In this document: positions 9,310 through 19,116 of the stretch, in pieces | How the letters are laid out: each line of letters begins with the position of its first letter | How positions within the stretch are numbered: position 1 is the stretch's first letter | IMG/VR virus record: IMGVR_UViG_3300033148_006964 | Coordinates: 116,927 to 180,926 of that record | DNA from: a virus | Length of the DNA: 64,000 bases | Direction: 5' to 3' (one strand) | Notes under the pieces: generated by a model | What the model was told of the DNA's origin: nothing | Database searches by the model: none | The model's input: the letters and a program-made list of their open reading frames with translations, nothing else | Position numbers and translations under genes: made by a program

Positions 9310-9338
9310 GTTATACCATATTATTAAAATAAATAACA
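9310..9338 (-). promoter_or_regulatory. Repeated phage promoter/operator motif
   Basis: TGTTAT-N14-TGG-TATAAC. Confidence 0.7.
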
Positions 9339-9341
9339 ATG

Positions 9342-9782
9342 CTAAAAATTGCCATCGGCGACTTGTAAACAACATATTCCAAGCCCACGCCACTTTTGTA
9401 CCATTATTTTTCTATCTTCCAAAACTAAAGCAATTTCATCAAATTCTATTCCAGCATCTTCTAATAATTCTGGTTTAACTATAGTATCATGTCTCACGTC
9501 TTTATCTTTTCTTAAAAGAACACGATAAGCTGGGTATACATTATTTTGCCATAACCATTCTATAGTTTTTCTTCTAGTTGATTCTCTTCTAGTAGAACAA
9601 ATAATAATAGTATATTCTGCAGCTAACAATCTAACAAGATCTATAATCACCTGTACAGGTTCGTCTTCGTCACAAGTATCATAAAAGGCATCCCAATTTT
9701 TAGGTTTTTCAGTGATATATTTAAGTCTTGGCCCAATCTTACTTAATGTACCGTCAATGTCAACTACTACATATTTTTTCAT
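9342..9782 (-). CDS. HAD-family phosphatase (3'-phosphatase domain of T4 PNK type)
   Basis: VVVDIDGTL, STRRE, K in VKPEL, VLEDR, GICCLQVADGNF. Confidence 0.85.
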   Translation of the reverse strand: MKKYVVVDIDGTLSKIGPRLKYITEKPKNWDAFYDTCDEDEPVQVIIDLVRLLAAEYTIIICSTRRESTRRKTIEWLWQNNVYPAYRVLLRKDKDVRHDTIVKPELLEDAGIEFDEIALVLEDRKIMVQKWRGLGICCLQVADGNF

Positions 9783-9790
9783 GATTCTTT

Positions 9791-10033
9791 TTATCCCCTT
9801 TGTTCAGCTATAGCATCACGTAATAATTTTTGAAACTCTTTAAAAACTTTATTCTTATTAAAACTTACTAAATTAATATTAGAAGAAGTTTCATAGGTTG
9901 TATGTTTTGCTTTACATTTTTGACAGGATCTGCGTCTTCGTATATATAACCCATCGGGATGAGATCTTGAATCTATTACTTCCGATATACGGTGGCCACA
10001 TTCTGGACACTTTATTCCTTCTGCTTTTTCCAT
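9791..10033 (-). CDS. NrdR-like Zn-ribbon protein lacking the ATP-cone
   Basis: CPECG..SEVIDSR...IRRRRSCQKC....TTYE closely follows the NrdR N-terminus; only 80 aa long. Confidence 0.75.
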   Translation of the reverse strand: MEKAEGIKCPECGHRISEVIDSRSHPDGLYIRRRRSCQKCKAKHTTYETSSNINLVSFNKNKVFKEFQKLLRDAIAEQRG

Positions 10034-10054
10034 AATATTTTCCTTTTAAGTTTC

Positions 10055-10501
10055 TTATGTTTTGTTACGTTCTTTTATAAGATCTCTCATTTCATTTATA
10101 ATGGGCATCCTCTTCGTGTCTTCCAATAAAACGAGCTTAAAGTCTTCTTCCGATATACCTGCATCTAAAATATTTACAGCAGCTATATGAGCTGCAGAGG
10201 AAATGCTATATGCCTCTTTAACAATTTCATCGGTTCTTTTTTGTACTGAGCTCCTATTTTCATTTAAAGCCTTCTTCATATCTTCGGAGTTTTCAGGATA
10301 ATACATACCAGGCTCAATTATTTTAACGTCAACCATTTTATATATTTCAATATATTCTGAACCACAATCATAACAACGTACTTCTTCTGATGCATTACCA
10401 CTACTATCAGCAAGCACTTTTTCACCAGTACTAGTAATATTGTTTGATCCACATATAAAACAAGTCATAGGATCTTTAATCTGTTCTCTTTTTGATTTCA
10501 T
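10055..10501 (-). CDS. Hypothetical Zn-ribbon protein (paralog of 764..1147)
   Basis: CFICGSNNI...CYDCGS. Confidence 0.55.
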   Translation of the reverse strand: MKSKREQIKDPMTCFICGSNNITSTGEKVLADSSGNASEEVRCYDCGSEYIEIYKMVDVKIIEPGMYYPENSEDMKKALNENRSSVQKRTDEIVKEAYSISSAAHIAAVNILDAGISEEDFKLVLLEDTKRMPIINEMRDLIKERNKT

Positions 10502-10517
10502 TTTTTTTGTCTCCGTT

Positions 10518-10868
10518 TTAATCTGTTTGCTTTAATGCTTCATTACATAAAAGCCTTATCCCTGAAAGCTTATCTGCGATAACACATTCTTTGCATGTTA
10601 ATACATCGATTATTTGCATTGCTAATAAATGATGCGGTGCAGCCATTTCTTCAAAATTTGTTTCTGCAAGTTTTTTTTTAATGATTTTTTTAACGTAATC
10701 ACGAACTTCATAATCTGATGGAAACACTACTTCATTGCTCCAAAGATGTATATCTTTTCCATTATCATCAAATACCTTTTCTCGTCCACAATCATTATTT
10801 ACTTTTAATAAAAGATTATCATCTTTATCATAAAATAATTTTCCTATTTCAACTTCTTCAAATTTCAT
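10518..10868 (-). CDS. Hypothetical protein
   Basis: ORF with AAGGA RBS. Confidence 0.5.
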   Translation of the reverse strand: MKFEEVEIGKLFYDKDDNLLLKVNNDCGREKVFDDNGKDIHLWSNEVVFPSDYEVRDYVKKIIKKKLAETNFEEMAAPHHLLAMQIIDVLTCKECVIADKLSGIRLLCNEALKQTD

Positions 10869-11149
10869 ATAAAATCCTTTTTAAAAGATAGATGTAGATA
10901 TAGTGACTTCACAAAACTATATCTACATCCTGGTCATTGCAACTACAATTGACATACAGACAAATATTTTAAAATTACAGCGGGGAGGGTGCAAAAGCTG
11001 CTCGGTTAATAGCTTTCTTATTAACCGGCGCGTTGTACCTCCCCTAGGTAGTTTTTAAATATTATGCTGTGGTACTAACTTAGTCTTTCACTTGTTGAAA
11101 CAACAAGCATTTAAACTTGCAACTTTTATCGTCTATAAATTACTTTGGT

Positions 11150-11566
11150 TCAATCAATGTCTTCAACATCGTCTTCAGGATCGTCCAGGTCATCAAGAAT
11201 ACTCTTAAGCTCGTCTTCAGACTTACCTTCGAGAGACTCCCCTTGTTTCTTCTCAATAATTTCGAGAATTCGCTGTTTTTTAGCTTTTCTTTCAACAACC
11301 TTCTCGCACTTCTCCTTATGTGCTTTCTTGGCTTCAAGGACATTTAGAACAATCTTAAATTTGAGTTTAATTGTTCTTTCGCCACTTTTAGGGCCTTCCA
11401 AGAAATCCTCTTCCTCAAACTCTTTTATTTTCTTGTTCAAGCTTTTGCACAGTGAGTTAAGGTCTTCCAAACTGAGATCCCATAGATCCTCTGTTGATAT
11501 ATATCCACCAGGTATGTCAAACCTCAGCTTTACCTTTGCAGCTCTTGCAAACATTTCCATAGTCAT
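11150..11566 (-). CDS. Conserved phage protein, partner of 11605..13635
   Basis: MF.RA.K.KLRF...G.IS.EDLWDL pattern, which I recognise as paired with the next gene in large phages. Confidence 0.6.
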   Translation of the reverse strand: MTMEMFARAAKVKLRFDIPGGYISTEDLWDLSLEDLNSLCKSLNKKIKEFEEEDFLEGPKSGERTIKLKFKIVLNVLEAKKAHKEKCEKVVERKAKKQRILEIIEKKQGESLEGKSEDELKSILDDLDDPEDDVEDID

Positions 11567-11604
11567 AATACTTTCTCCTTATTGTTAATGAAATTATTTA
11601 GTAG

Positions 11605-13635
11605 TCACACTACTATTTTAATTGTTCTTGAAAAATTACCATCAACCTTAGCAATAATATCATTGTGTTGAGTTGATGAGAAACCAATTCCTGATAATTG
11701 CTTATCAGATTCATTTACTCTCATTTTTGAACCTAAAGCTTCAAATACGCGCTTATGGGTCAAAAGATCTTCTTTAAGAAATTCATTATAGAATCCCCTT
11801 GGAAGAGAGTCACTTTTACACTTTTCCAGGAAAAAGAAATAATGTTTGTTTCCAATCCCTTTCTGCCCGTCCCAGTAGTTTGGGCTAAACATAAGAGATA
11901 ATACCTTATGAAAAGTATTTGTCTTTACTCCCCAGATCTCACGAGAAGATGCTTTTGAATCCAGCGACTTAATAAACTTAATACCATCTGTTTTGCTGAA
12001 TTCTATTTCTGCAACAACAACATCTTCCTTGTGTCGAAGTTCTTTATCATAGTTGTATGTATAGATCTGACCATCATACTCTATTTCTGCAGAAAAACCA
12101 CTTGTGCCGCCATTGTGAGAATAATTACGGACATAGAACTTATATTTTCCTTCTTTCATCTTATTAATATCTGTCCATACGATGTTTTCAACAGCCGCTA
12201 CATTTGTTATAGGGTCGGTAATATCGACATCAAGCATTCCTGACGACGGATGACATTTTCCATGGCTTGGATAATAAATATGGTTTCTGTTAGGCTCGAC
12301 ACAATGGGCATCAAAATCGTTTTTATTATCAACCTGATCATTCCATTGTATAGAAAACCTCAAAACACCATCTACATTACCACCAGCATTCTTAACACGC
12401 TGTTTCATGCTATCGGTGATATCTCCATTGTATGACCAGCCGAAGTTATTGCTCCACTTCAGCATACTTGGAGCTCCTTTGTTAATAGGCGCTATCAAGC
12501 TCATCATATTACCCTGGTGTTTTGATTCAAGCATCAACTCAATATTTTTAGACTTAGGGATGATCTTATTTACAAAATCATCCATATTGACCTCTTCAAC
12601 CCTGCTAAAACTTCGAGGATTTACTCCAGCATCATCTTTTAAGCCCTCAAATACAGATTGACCACGGTTTTTAACATCTCTGTCAACAAATAATACGTTA
12701 TTAACATTAATATCATCGATTGTAGCAAACCTTCTTCCCAAAGAATCAAGATAACCGAGTTCCTGGATCTTCTTTTCAGCTTCTTCAACCATTCTCTTGG
12801 TGAAGATAGCTTTCGGGCGCTTATAATTAGTGGGAGCCATAACTTTTTCAAACTTAGTCACAGCATTGTCTAATTCAACGCCTGCTGAAAGATCTATCAA
12901 CAATGTCCCTAATGCAGTATTTCTTATTCTTGCTATTGGACTACTTGCTGATATCAACCAACACCAATTATCCTTTTGTCCCTTTGGAACTTTGTCATAT
13001 TCATCTTTAGCCTTAATAAAAGCATATATATTGCTTTTATATTCTTCACCACGATATAACGAACCCTGGTCGATCAATTCTAATATTGTCTGTCCGGCAT
13101 CTATAGTTAATTCTTCCATAGATCTTTTAAAAACATTCTTAGAATCTCTGAAATTACTCATTATTCCAGATATTTCCGCAGGTTTTTTGATAAACTTCTT
13201 AGGAAGTTTTGTATGAAAATGCTCCCATACATGCACAGACCCATCTTCAAGAAGCTGTCGCGTCTTATCTGCTCCTAAATTTGCTTCTGAAGACACAAAT
13301 ATATCTCTTATTATAGCTCGTTTCACAAGCTTAGAAAGGGCCTTAGCGACAGCGTTGTAAGGATGAGACAGATCTTCTATATCCCATATTGATATAGGTT
13401 TATTATCTTTGATTGCAACGACATTTCCGATTTTCCGTATAAATGTTTTACAACAGTTGCAATCATATTCACATCTTTCTTTATGGATTACATTTGTTCC
13501 TTCGGGGAAAGATTGTAAATAAGTATCCCAAAGTTGTTCCTTCGATACATTAGCCACAAATAGTCTATCATTATCTTTAATAATAGCATCTAAATGGCTT
13601 TTCATTGCTTTTTTAAAATCTTTAAATTCAGCCAA
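11605..13635 (-). CDS. Large conserved phage protein with a YfaP/DUF2135-like LDVD...ENI.W domain
   Basis: LRFSIQWN...DFDAHC.EP...GMLDVD...AVENIVW; TTG start after AGGAGG. Confidence 0.65.
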   Translation of the reverse strand: MAEFKDFKKAMKSHLDAIIKDNDRLFVANVSKEQLWDTYLQSFPEGTNVIHKERCEYDCNCCKTFIRKIGNVVAIKDNKPISIWDIEDLSHPYNAVAKALSKLVKRAIIRDIFVSSEANLGADKTRQLLEDGSVHVWEHFHTKLPKKFIKKPAEISGIMSNFRDSKNVFKRSMEELTIDAGQTILELIDQGSLYRGEEYKSNIYAFIKAKDEYDKVPKGQKDNWCWLISASSPIARIRNTALGTLLIDLSAGVELDNAVTKFEKVMAPTNYKRPKAIFTKRMVEEAEKKIQELGYLDSLGRRFATIDDINVNNVLFVDRDVKNRGQSVFEGLKDDAGVNPRSFSRVEEVNMDDFVNKIIPKSKNIELMLESKHQGNMMSLIAPINKGAPSMLKWSNNFGWSYNGDITDSMKQRVKNAGGNVDGVLRFSIQWNDQVDNKNDFDAHCVEPNRNHIYYPSHGKCHPSSGMLDVDITDPITNVAAVENIVWTDINKMKEGKYKFYVRNYSHNGGTSGFSAEIEYDGQIYTYNYDKELRHKEDVVVAEIEFSKTDGIKFIKSLDSKASSREIWGVKTNTFHKVLSLMFSPNYWDGQKGIGNKHYFFFLEKCKSDSLPRGFYNEFLKEDLLTHKRVFEALGSKMRVNESDKQLSGIGFSSTQHNDIIAKVDGNFSRTIKIVV

Positions 13636-13851
13636 TTTAATCCTCCTTGTTCATTTTTTTATATTTAATTTCCAAACATTGTATAAATAAACTCCATATT
13701 ATTTTTACACCACATTGTTAAAACAATCAGTATTATTATAATTGATATTGCTATGATTGGTATTGCGTCACGATCTTCAATAAATTTCATATGTTTTCTT
13801 TTCTTTGATATAATTAACTTAACTTTATCCATAATATTTTCCACTACAGGT

Positions 13852-13885
13852 TTAAGTAATAAAAAGTTGGCCGGTATTTACTTAA
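13852..13885. repeat. 34-bp intergenic repeat, copy 1
   Basis: ttaagtaataaaaagttggccggtatttacttaa, identical to 14544..14577. Confidence 0.9.
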
Positions 13886-14543
13886 TTTTTTACATACCTT
13901 TAAACGTTATTTGTTAAGCTTCCGCTTTGTTGATCCTTTTGCTCGCTGTTTTACAAGCCTGCGAGCAGCCTTAACAAGCTCAATGGCCCAAGAGTTTTCT
14001 GGTAAAGCTCTGAGACAAGCACCATGGATTCCGAAAGACACCTGAACCGGTTGATAATTTTCTGCATTCTCAATTAAGAAAGTTAATTCATTTTGGCTTA
14101 TCTTCATATTTTTTTCTATCTCCTATTAAATTTTTATAATTTTTTTTATCTTTATATACATCAAAAATAGAATTTTCTAATCTTCTTATAACCCTGTGTA
14201 CAGCATTAGGTAAATCTTTCTTGTTTATATATCTTTCACTTATCAGTTCCTGTAGTTCAGAAAGCAAAGACTCACATACTTCATGAAATGCACATTTATC
14301 AATTTCTTCCCTTGATGGCTTTTCTTTTATCCAATTTTCAGAATAAAATATTGCTATCATTCCTGAGCCTTCATCTAGATCATGCCAATATGCTGATGTT
14401 CTTGCACTTCTTTTTGATTGTGATCCTATAGTTAATTCAAAATCATATAGTTTAAATATTTCAAAGAAGTAAAATCTTACACGTTTTTCAAAATATTCAA
14501 TAAGTTTTTTCTTAGGAATATTTATCATTTAGTTTCTCCATGC

Positions 14544-14577
14544 TTAAGTAATAAAAAGTTGGCCGGTATTTACTTAA
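14544..14577. repeat. 34-bp intergenic repeat, copy 2
   Basis: Identical to 13852..13885. Confidence 0.9.
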
Positions 14578-15039
14578 CTTTTACTAAAATTAAATCCACC
14601 CTTCAACTAAATCAGATTTTTTAGTACGGGCCGCAGTATACTCATAATAATGTTTCCAATCTTTACCACAATTATATACAACAAAGACATAGTCTTTACC
14701 AGATATACTTTTTATTCTACCATGTTCTACTTTAAAATCCGTTTTATAAGTAACATATTGACCTATAGAATATTCAAATTTTTTATTCACATTAATTCCT
14801 CACACTACTCTTTTTTCAAGAATAGCAATTTCTTTTTTAATTTTTTCAATCTTTGATTGTATTGATTCTTTAGTGTGTCCAAGTGCTATTAGATCCTCAC
14901 CTTGAAGATAATTCGTATATTTCTTAAGATCTTTTTTACGGGCTTCTAACGCTACTTCCTGACGATTCTTTTTAGCTGCTTTGCCTCTCATAATAATCTC
15001 CTTAATTAAATTTTGATAATATTTTTTATCCTCATTATA

Positions 15040-15068
15040 ATTATTCCATAAAATTAGGGATTATAACT
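15040..15068 (-). promoter_or_regulatory. Repeated phage promoter/operator motif
   Basis: AGTTAT-N14-TGG-AATAAT. Confidence 0.6.
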
Positions 15069-16636
15069 TAAATGTGATGGTTAAAAAAGAGCAACCATTA
15101 ATATAGTTGCTCTTTATTATTTTAAATAATGTTCTTATTACCAGGATATATAAAATGTGTCAGGTTGAGAGTGAATAAAACCATATTTACCATTTGATAG
15201 CTGTTTAGTAATTTCTATAAATATTTCTTTATCATTAAGATCTTTATAGTCATGATGACTCATATCTATTCGGACATTAAACTCACCATTATTCATGGCG
15301 TATCTTATATCCTTTTCAATAATATTTATAAGAACAAGTAAGCGTGGATCTTCCAGAATTTTATTGCTTAAAACAACCTTATTTGCCATTTCGTTGACTT
15401 CTTTTGCGGACAACATAATCTACTCCTTATAATCACAATTTTTAACGTAATATTTATTTTTATACTTAAACACGCAATCATCAGAACTTATATCAACATC
15501 TGCACTTGAGACGGTTTTTCCGTCTTTAGTTATTATAGTAACCCTATCAACATGGCCATATCCACCTGCACTGAAATTAAATGTTTTAATCTCACCAAAA
15601 AATACAGCTTGTTTGCGAGCATCTGCTATATTAAGTGATGTTTTTACTCCTAATATTAACACACAAGATACAATAATTATTATGAGAATTTCTATTAGTG
15701 TAATACTACCACAATTATTTTTCTTAAGTGGTAAAATTATAAGTTTAATTAACTCTCCAACTTTTGAAAATACAAAAAACATAGCTACGATAATTATACC
15801 AATAACTGAAACGGGCCATGCTAGTGAAAGTAAAGCTATTAACACCCACAATTCACTTCCTGTAACACCAAACATTACTCCTGATACTATTATACCAAGT
15901 AATGCTGGAATAAGATAACCTATTACCATAAAAAAATCTGAATATTGTGTTGCTTCCGTCATAATTTTTTCTCCTTTATACTGATTTTATAAAAAGCTTT
16001 CTATCTGAACGCCATTGGTATCCAAATTGTCTTCTTAACTCATCAAAAAAGTCTGTAAGCTCATGCTCGGCTATTGTGTCAAACATTTCACGATCGGTTT
16101 CACAGTTTTGGTCTTGTGCAAAACTTCTCGCAAGCTTAAGCGCTTCGGCTTTATTTAGATGTATTGCTTTCATTTTTATTCCCTTTCTTTGTTTATTCTT
16201 CTTCTGGTACCCCATATTTAGCCTCAAGAATACCCTCAATTCTTATTATTTAATCACATCATCCTTTTGTTCATAAGCGCAGCGTTCAATTATTATACCT
16301 TTGCATGGATAAGTAGTACCTGGATAACTTTCACTATTGCCCATCATTATAAAATTATCTGCTAATCTAAAACTTTCGTTAATAGCACCCTTATCTGTAT
16401 AACCATCTTCCATACGCCTTTCCATAAGTTTTTGATAAATGGGGAGGGCTATAGACATACGTTTATTAATACGTTGTTGGTCAAGACTTTCTTTACAATC
16501 CTTTGACATATTATATCTCCTTTAATTGGTAACATAAAAACGATAACATTTGTCACACGGTTTACTAATAGATATACCATGTTTACATTTTCTTCTAGCC
16601 TTAAGTGATTTTTCTTTGTTAGCAATTATGTTTGAT

Positions 16637-16996
16637 CTAATTTTTTGATTTTGTGTTACTACTTTCATCACGTTCTATTACTTTCTTTAGAAAATCAATT
16701 TCATCGTTGCATAACTTGAAGAGTTTTTTAGTAACTTTATATCTTTTATTTTTAGAAGAAAATATATAAAATAAATATTTTATAAATTTATAATATGGTG
16801 TACCAACACAAGTATTACCAGAAAATAATAATACAGGACATTGATAACATTTAGTAAATTTATTACAATAAGGACACTCTTTTTTCCTTATCCTTTTATA
16901 AAGTTCATAACTACATTTTTCTCCAATATTCTCCTCAATCATCTTAGCTCGTTCAGTCCAGATATCTAAAACTTTTTTATTAATCTTTTTCATCAT
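16637..16996 (-). CDS. Cys-rich family A member
   Basis: INKKVLDIWT.RAK...CPYC...C..CP...C..TPY...CNDEI.FLKKVIE. Confidence 0.7.
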   Translation of the reverse strand: MMKKINKKVLDIWTERAKMIEENIGEKCSYELYKRIRKKECPYCNKFTKCYQCPVLLFSGNTCVGTPYYKFIKYLFYIFSSKNKRYKVTKKLFKLCNDEIDFLKKVIERDESSNTKSKN

Positions 16997-17291
16997 ATTC
17001 TATCACTTTCTTTAAAAAATAAATTTCATCATTACATAACTTAAGGAGTTTTTTAGTAATATGAGAAGGTTTATAACAAACAAAAGTTTCATAAGGTGTA
17101 TTATAACAATTTCTATGTCCAAAATTTGCTATTGGGCAATCAACACAAGCTGATCTTTGTGAACAATAAGGACATGGTGTTAACATATATTTATTACGAA
17201 AAGATATAGTATAACCTTCACCTATATAATTTTCAATAACTTTTGCTCGTTTAGTCCAAATATCTAAGACTTTTTTATTAATTGCTTTCAT
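16980..17291 (-). CDS. Cys-rich family A member
   Basis: Same motif layout as 16637..16996. Confidence 0.7.
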   Translation of the reverse strand: MKAINKKVLDIWTKRAKVIENYIGEGYTISFRNKYMLTPCPYCSQRSACVDCPIANFGHRNCYNTPYETFVCYKPSHITKKLLKLCNDEIYFLKKVIEYDEKD

Positions 17292-18015
17292 TTTTTACCT
17301 TTTGTTTAAAATTTTCAAGATCTTCAGGTGTATCTATACCTATATTATCAAAATTCATAACTAAGCACTTTATCTTCATCTCATGTTCTAATGCTCTTAA
17401 TTGTTCAAGTTTTTCTACCTCTTCAAGTTTACCGTGAGGTAAAGAACAAAATCGTTTTAGACTTTCCATTGAATATCCATATATTCCTGTATGACTATAA
17501 GCATTACGAAGTCTGCCTCGAATATAAGGAATAGGAGCTCGTGAGAAATAAAGAGCATTATTATTAACCGATAAAACAGCCTTGACAACGTTAGGATCTT
17601 GTAACTTTTTATAAGTAACATTACTGACTACTGTTAATATGCTGTTTGCATCAAGCTTTTTAACTTTTCTTGAAACAGCTTGTATAACGTGAAGAGGTAA
17701 CATTGGTTCATCACCCTGTAAGTTCACAATAAATGAACAACCAAGACGATCTACTGCCTCCATTACTCTATCAGTACCAGAAACATGATCTTTAGAAGTT
17801 ATCATCGCTCTTCCACCAAACTTGATCACCGTTCTATAGATTGTTTCATCATCAGTAGCAATAAATATCTCATCAAATGCACCAGATTGCTCTGCTGATC
17901 GATAAGCCCACATAACAAGGGGTAAATCATTGACAAATAAAAGGGGCTTTCCTGGAAGTCTCTTTGATGCATAACGTGCAGGTATTATACATGTAACACG
18001 ATCATTATTTTTCAT
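17278..18015 (-). CDS. kdsB: CMP-Kdo synthetase (3-deoxy-manno-octulosonate cytidylyltransferase)
   Basis: IIPARYASKRLPGKPL, ATDD, SGTDR, VNLQGDEP, DPNVVK, YFSRAPIP, HTGIYGY, LE.VEKLEQLRALE, IDTPEDL. Confidence 0.95.
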   Translation of the reverse strand: MKNNDRVTCIIPARYASKRLPGKPLLFVNDLPLVMWAYRSAEQSGAFDEIFIATDDETIYRTVIKFGGRAMITSKDHVSGTDRVMEAVDRLGCSFIVNLQGDEPMLPLHVIQAVSRKVKKLDANSILTVVSNVTYKKLQDPNVVKAVLSVNNNALYFSRAPIPYIRGRLRNAYSHTGIYGYSMESLKRFCSLPHGKLEEVEKLEQLRALEHEMKIKCLVMNFDNIGIDTPEDLENFKQKVKNESN

Positions 18016-18024
18016 GGTTTTCTC

Positions 18025-18354
18025 CTATTTTTTTTCGTCCCACATAATGATTTCCAGTAAGAAATCAATCTCATCTTCACAAATCTTAATGGTATCTTTG
18101 TCAATAATTTTACCTTTTTCAATTACAGTTTCCATGTTATAATAAGGCGTGTTATTACAATGTCTGTATTTATTATCTTTTTCAATAAGAAGACAGCCGT
18201 CACAACTACTCCCAAAACCTGTTTTACAATAAGGACAGGATTTCTCCCATATTTTACTAATCAATTTAATGGTTAGTTTTTTACCTAGATTCTTCTTTAT
18301 GAGCAACAGCCTCTCAAACCAAATACACAGTACTTCACGATTAATATCCTTCAT
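18025..18354 (-). CDS. Cys-rich family A member
   Basis: INREVL.IW.ER...CPYC...CDGC...C..TPY...CEDEIDFL. Confidence 0.7.
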   Translation of the reverse strand: MKDINREVLCIWFERLLLIKKNLGKKLTIKLISKIWEKSCPYCKTGFGSSCDGCLLIEKDNKYRHCNNTPYYNMETVIEKGKIIDKDTIKICEDEIDFLLEIIMWDEKK

Positions 18355-18707
18355 TTTTTATCCTTTAGTCGGGTTAATTTTTTTATTAACTTATCGTTAT
18401 CAGCGATATGCCCACGTAGTTCTATATTATCATCTTTAGTACGCTTTATAAGATCCTTTTTAGCATCATCATATGTTTCAAAGATATTACTCCTATCAAT
18501 TGAAATACTTGTGTCAACAAATTTAACCTTTAGCCCTATTTTCCTTATAGAAATTCCATGTTCTCTTGCACTATTGCGTTTTACTTCAAATTCTTCTACA
18601 GATGCTTTTATAATAAATTTCCTGCCAGAATACGACATTCTTGGAATCACATCTATATCCTCTACAACAATAAAAACTTCTTGTCCTATCTTTAGTTCAG
18701 ATATCAT
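18351..18707 (-). CDS. Hypothetical protein
   Basis: ORF with GGAG RBS, overlapping the downstream start. Confidence 0.5.
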   Translation of the reverse strand: MISELKIGQEVFIVVEDIDVIPRMSYSGRKFIIKASVEEFEVKRNSAREHGISIRKIGLKVKFVDTSISIDRSNIFETYDDAKKDLIKRTKDDNIELRGHIADNDKLIKKLTRLKDKK

Positions 18708-19116
18708 AACTTTCTCCTTTATACACGATTAAATTCCTTTTATAAAAAACCCTCTTCGATAAGTATTACCACAATATTTATCACGACTGTTGTAGCCACC
18801 GCACAAACCCACGGGCATTCGATATACTTTCTTTCAAACATGTTTAGTAGCACTAAAAATAATATTGCAAGTTCCATAACATTCTCCTAAACACAATGAG
18901 GTTCGTTGTTTTCTTCTTCAGCTTTCTTTGTTACTGACAACTTCTTAGCTAACATAACTCCATAGCCAATACCAGCAGTAACTAACATTACTATCATTAT
19001 CATAACTACTAATGAAACTACCTTACTTATAATACTTGAATTGGATTTCATAGTTTTTTCCTCACTTTAAGTTAAAATGGCTCCCCTAACTAATAATTTT
19101 TTGGCCGGGGGAACCA

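Larger units (their letters stand above)
13907..16509 (-). other. Run of short co-directional hypothetical ORFs (13907, 14088, 14590, 14800, 15138, 15420, 15976, 16246)
   Basis: Tightly packed minus-strand ORFs with RBSs. 14088..14528 has a metal-binding-like FHEVCE; 15420..15962 has several hydrophobic segments. Confidence 0.55.

Noticed and set aside
412-13216. Plus-strand ORFs such as 412..642, 6350..6622, 11145..11588, 12407..12661 and 12830..13216
   Set aside because: Antisense shadows of well-supported minus-strand genes (kdsA, Tad1, the 676-aa gene); no RBS or motifs.
13852-14577. CRISPR array
   Set aside because: Only two copies, ~690 bp apart, with genes between them; no cas genes.
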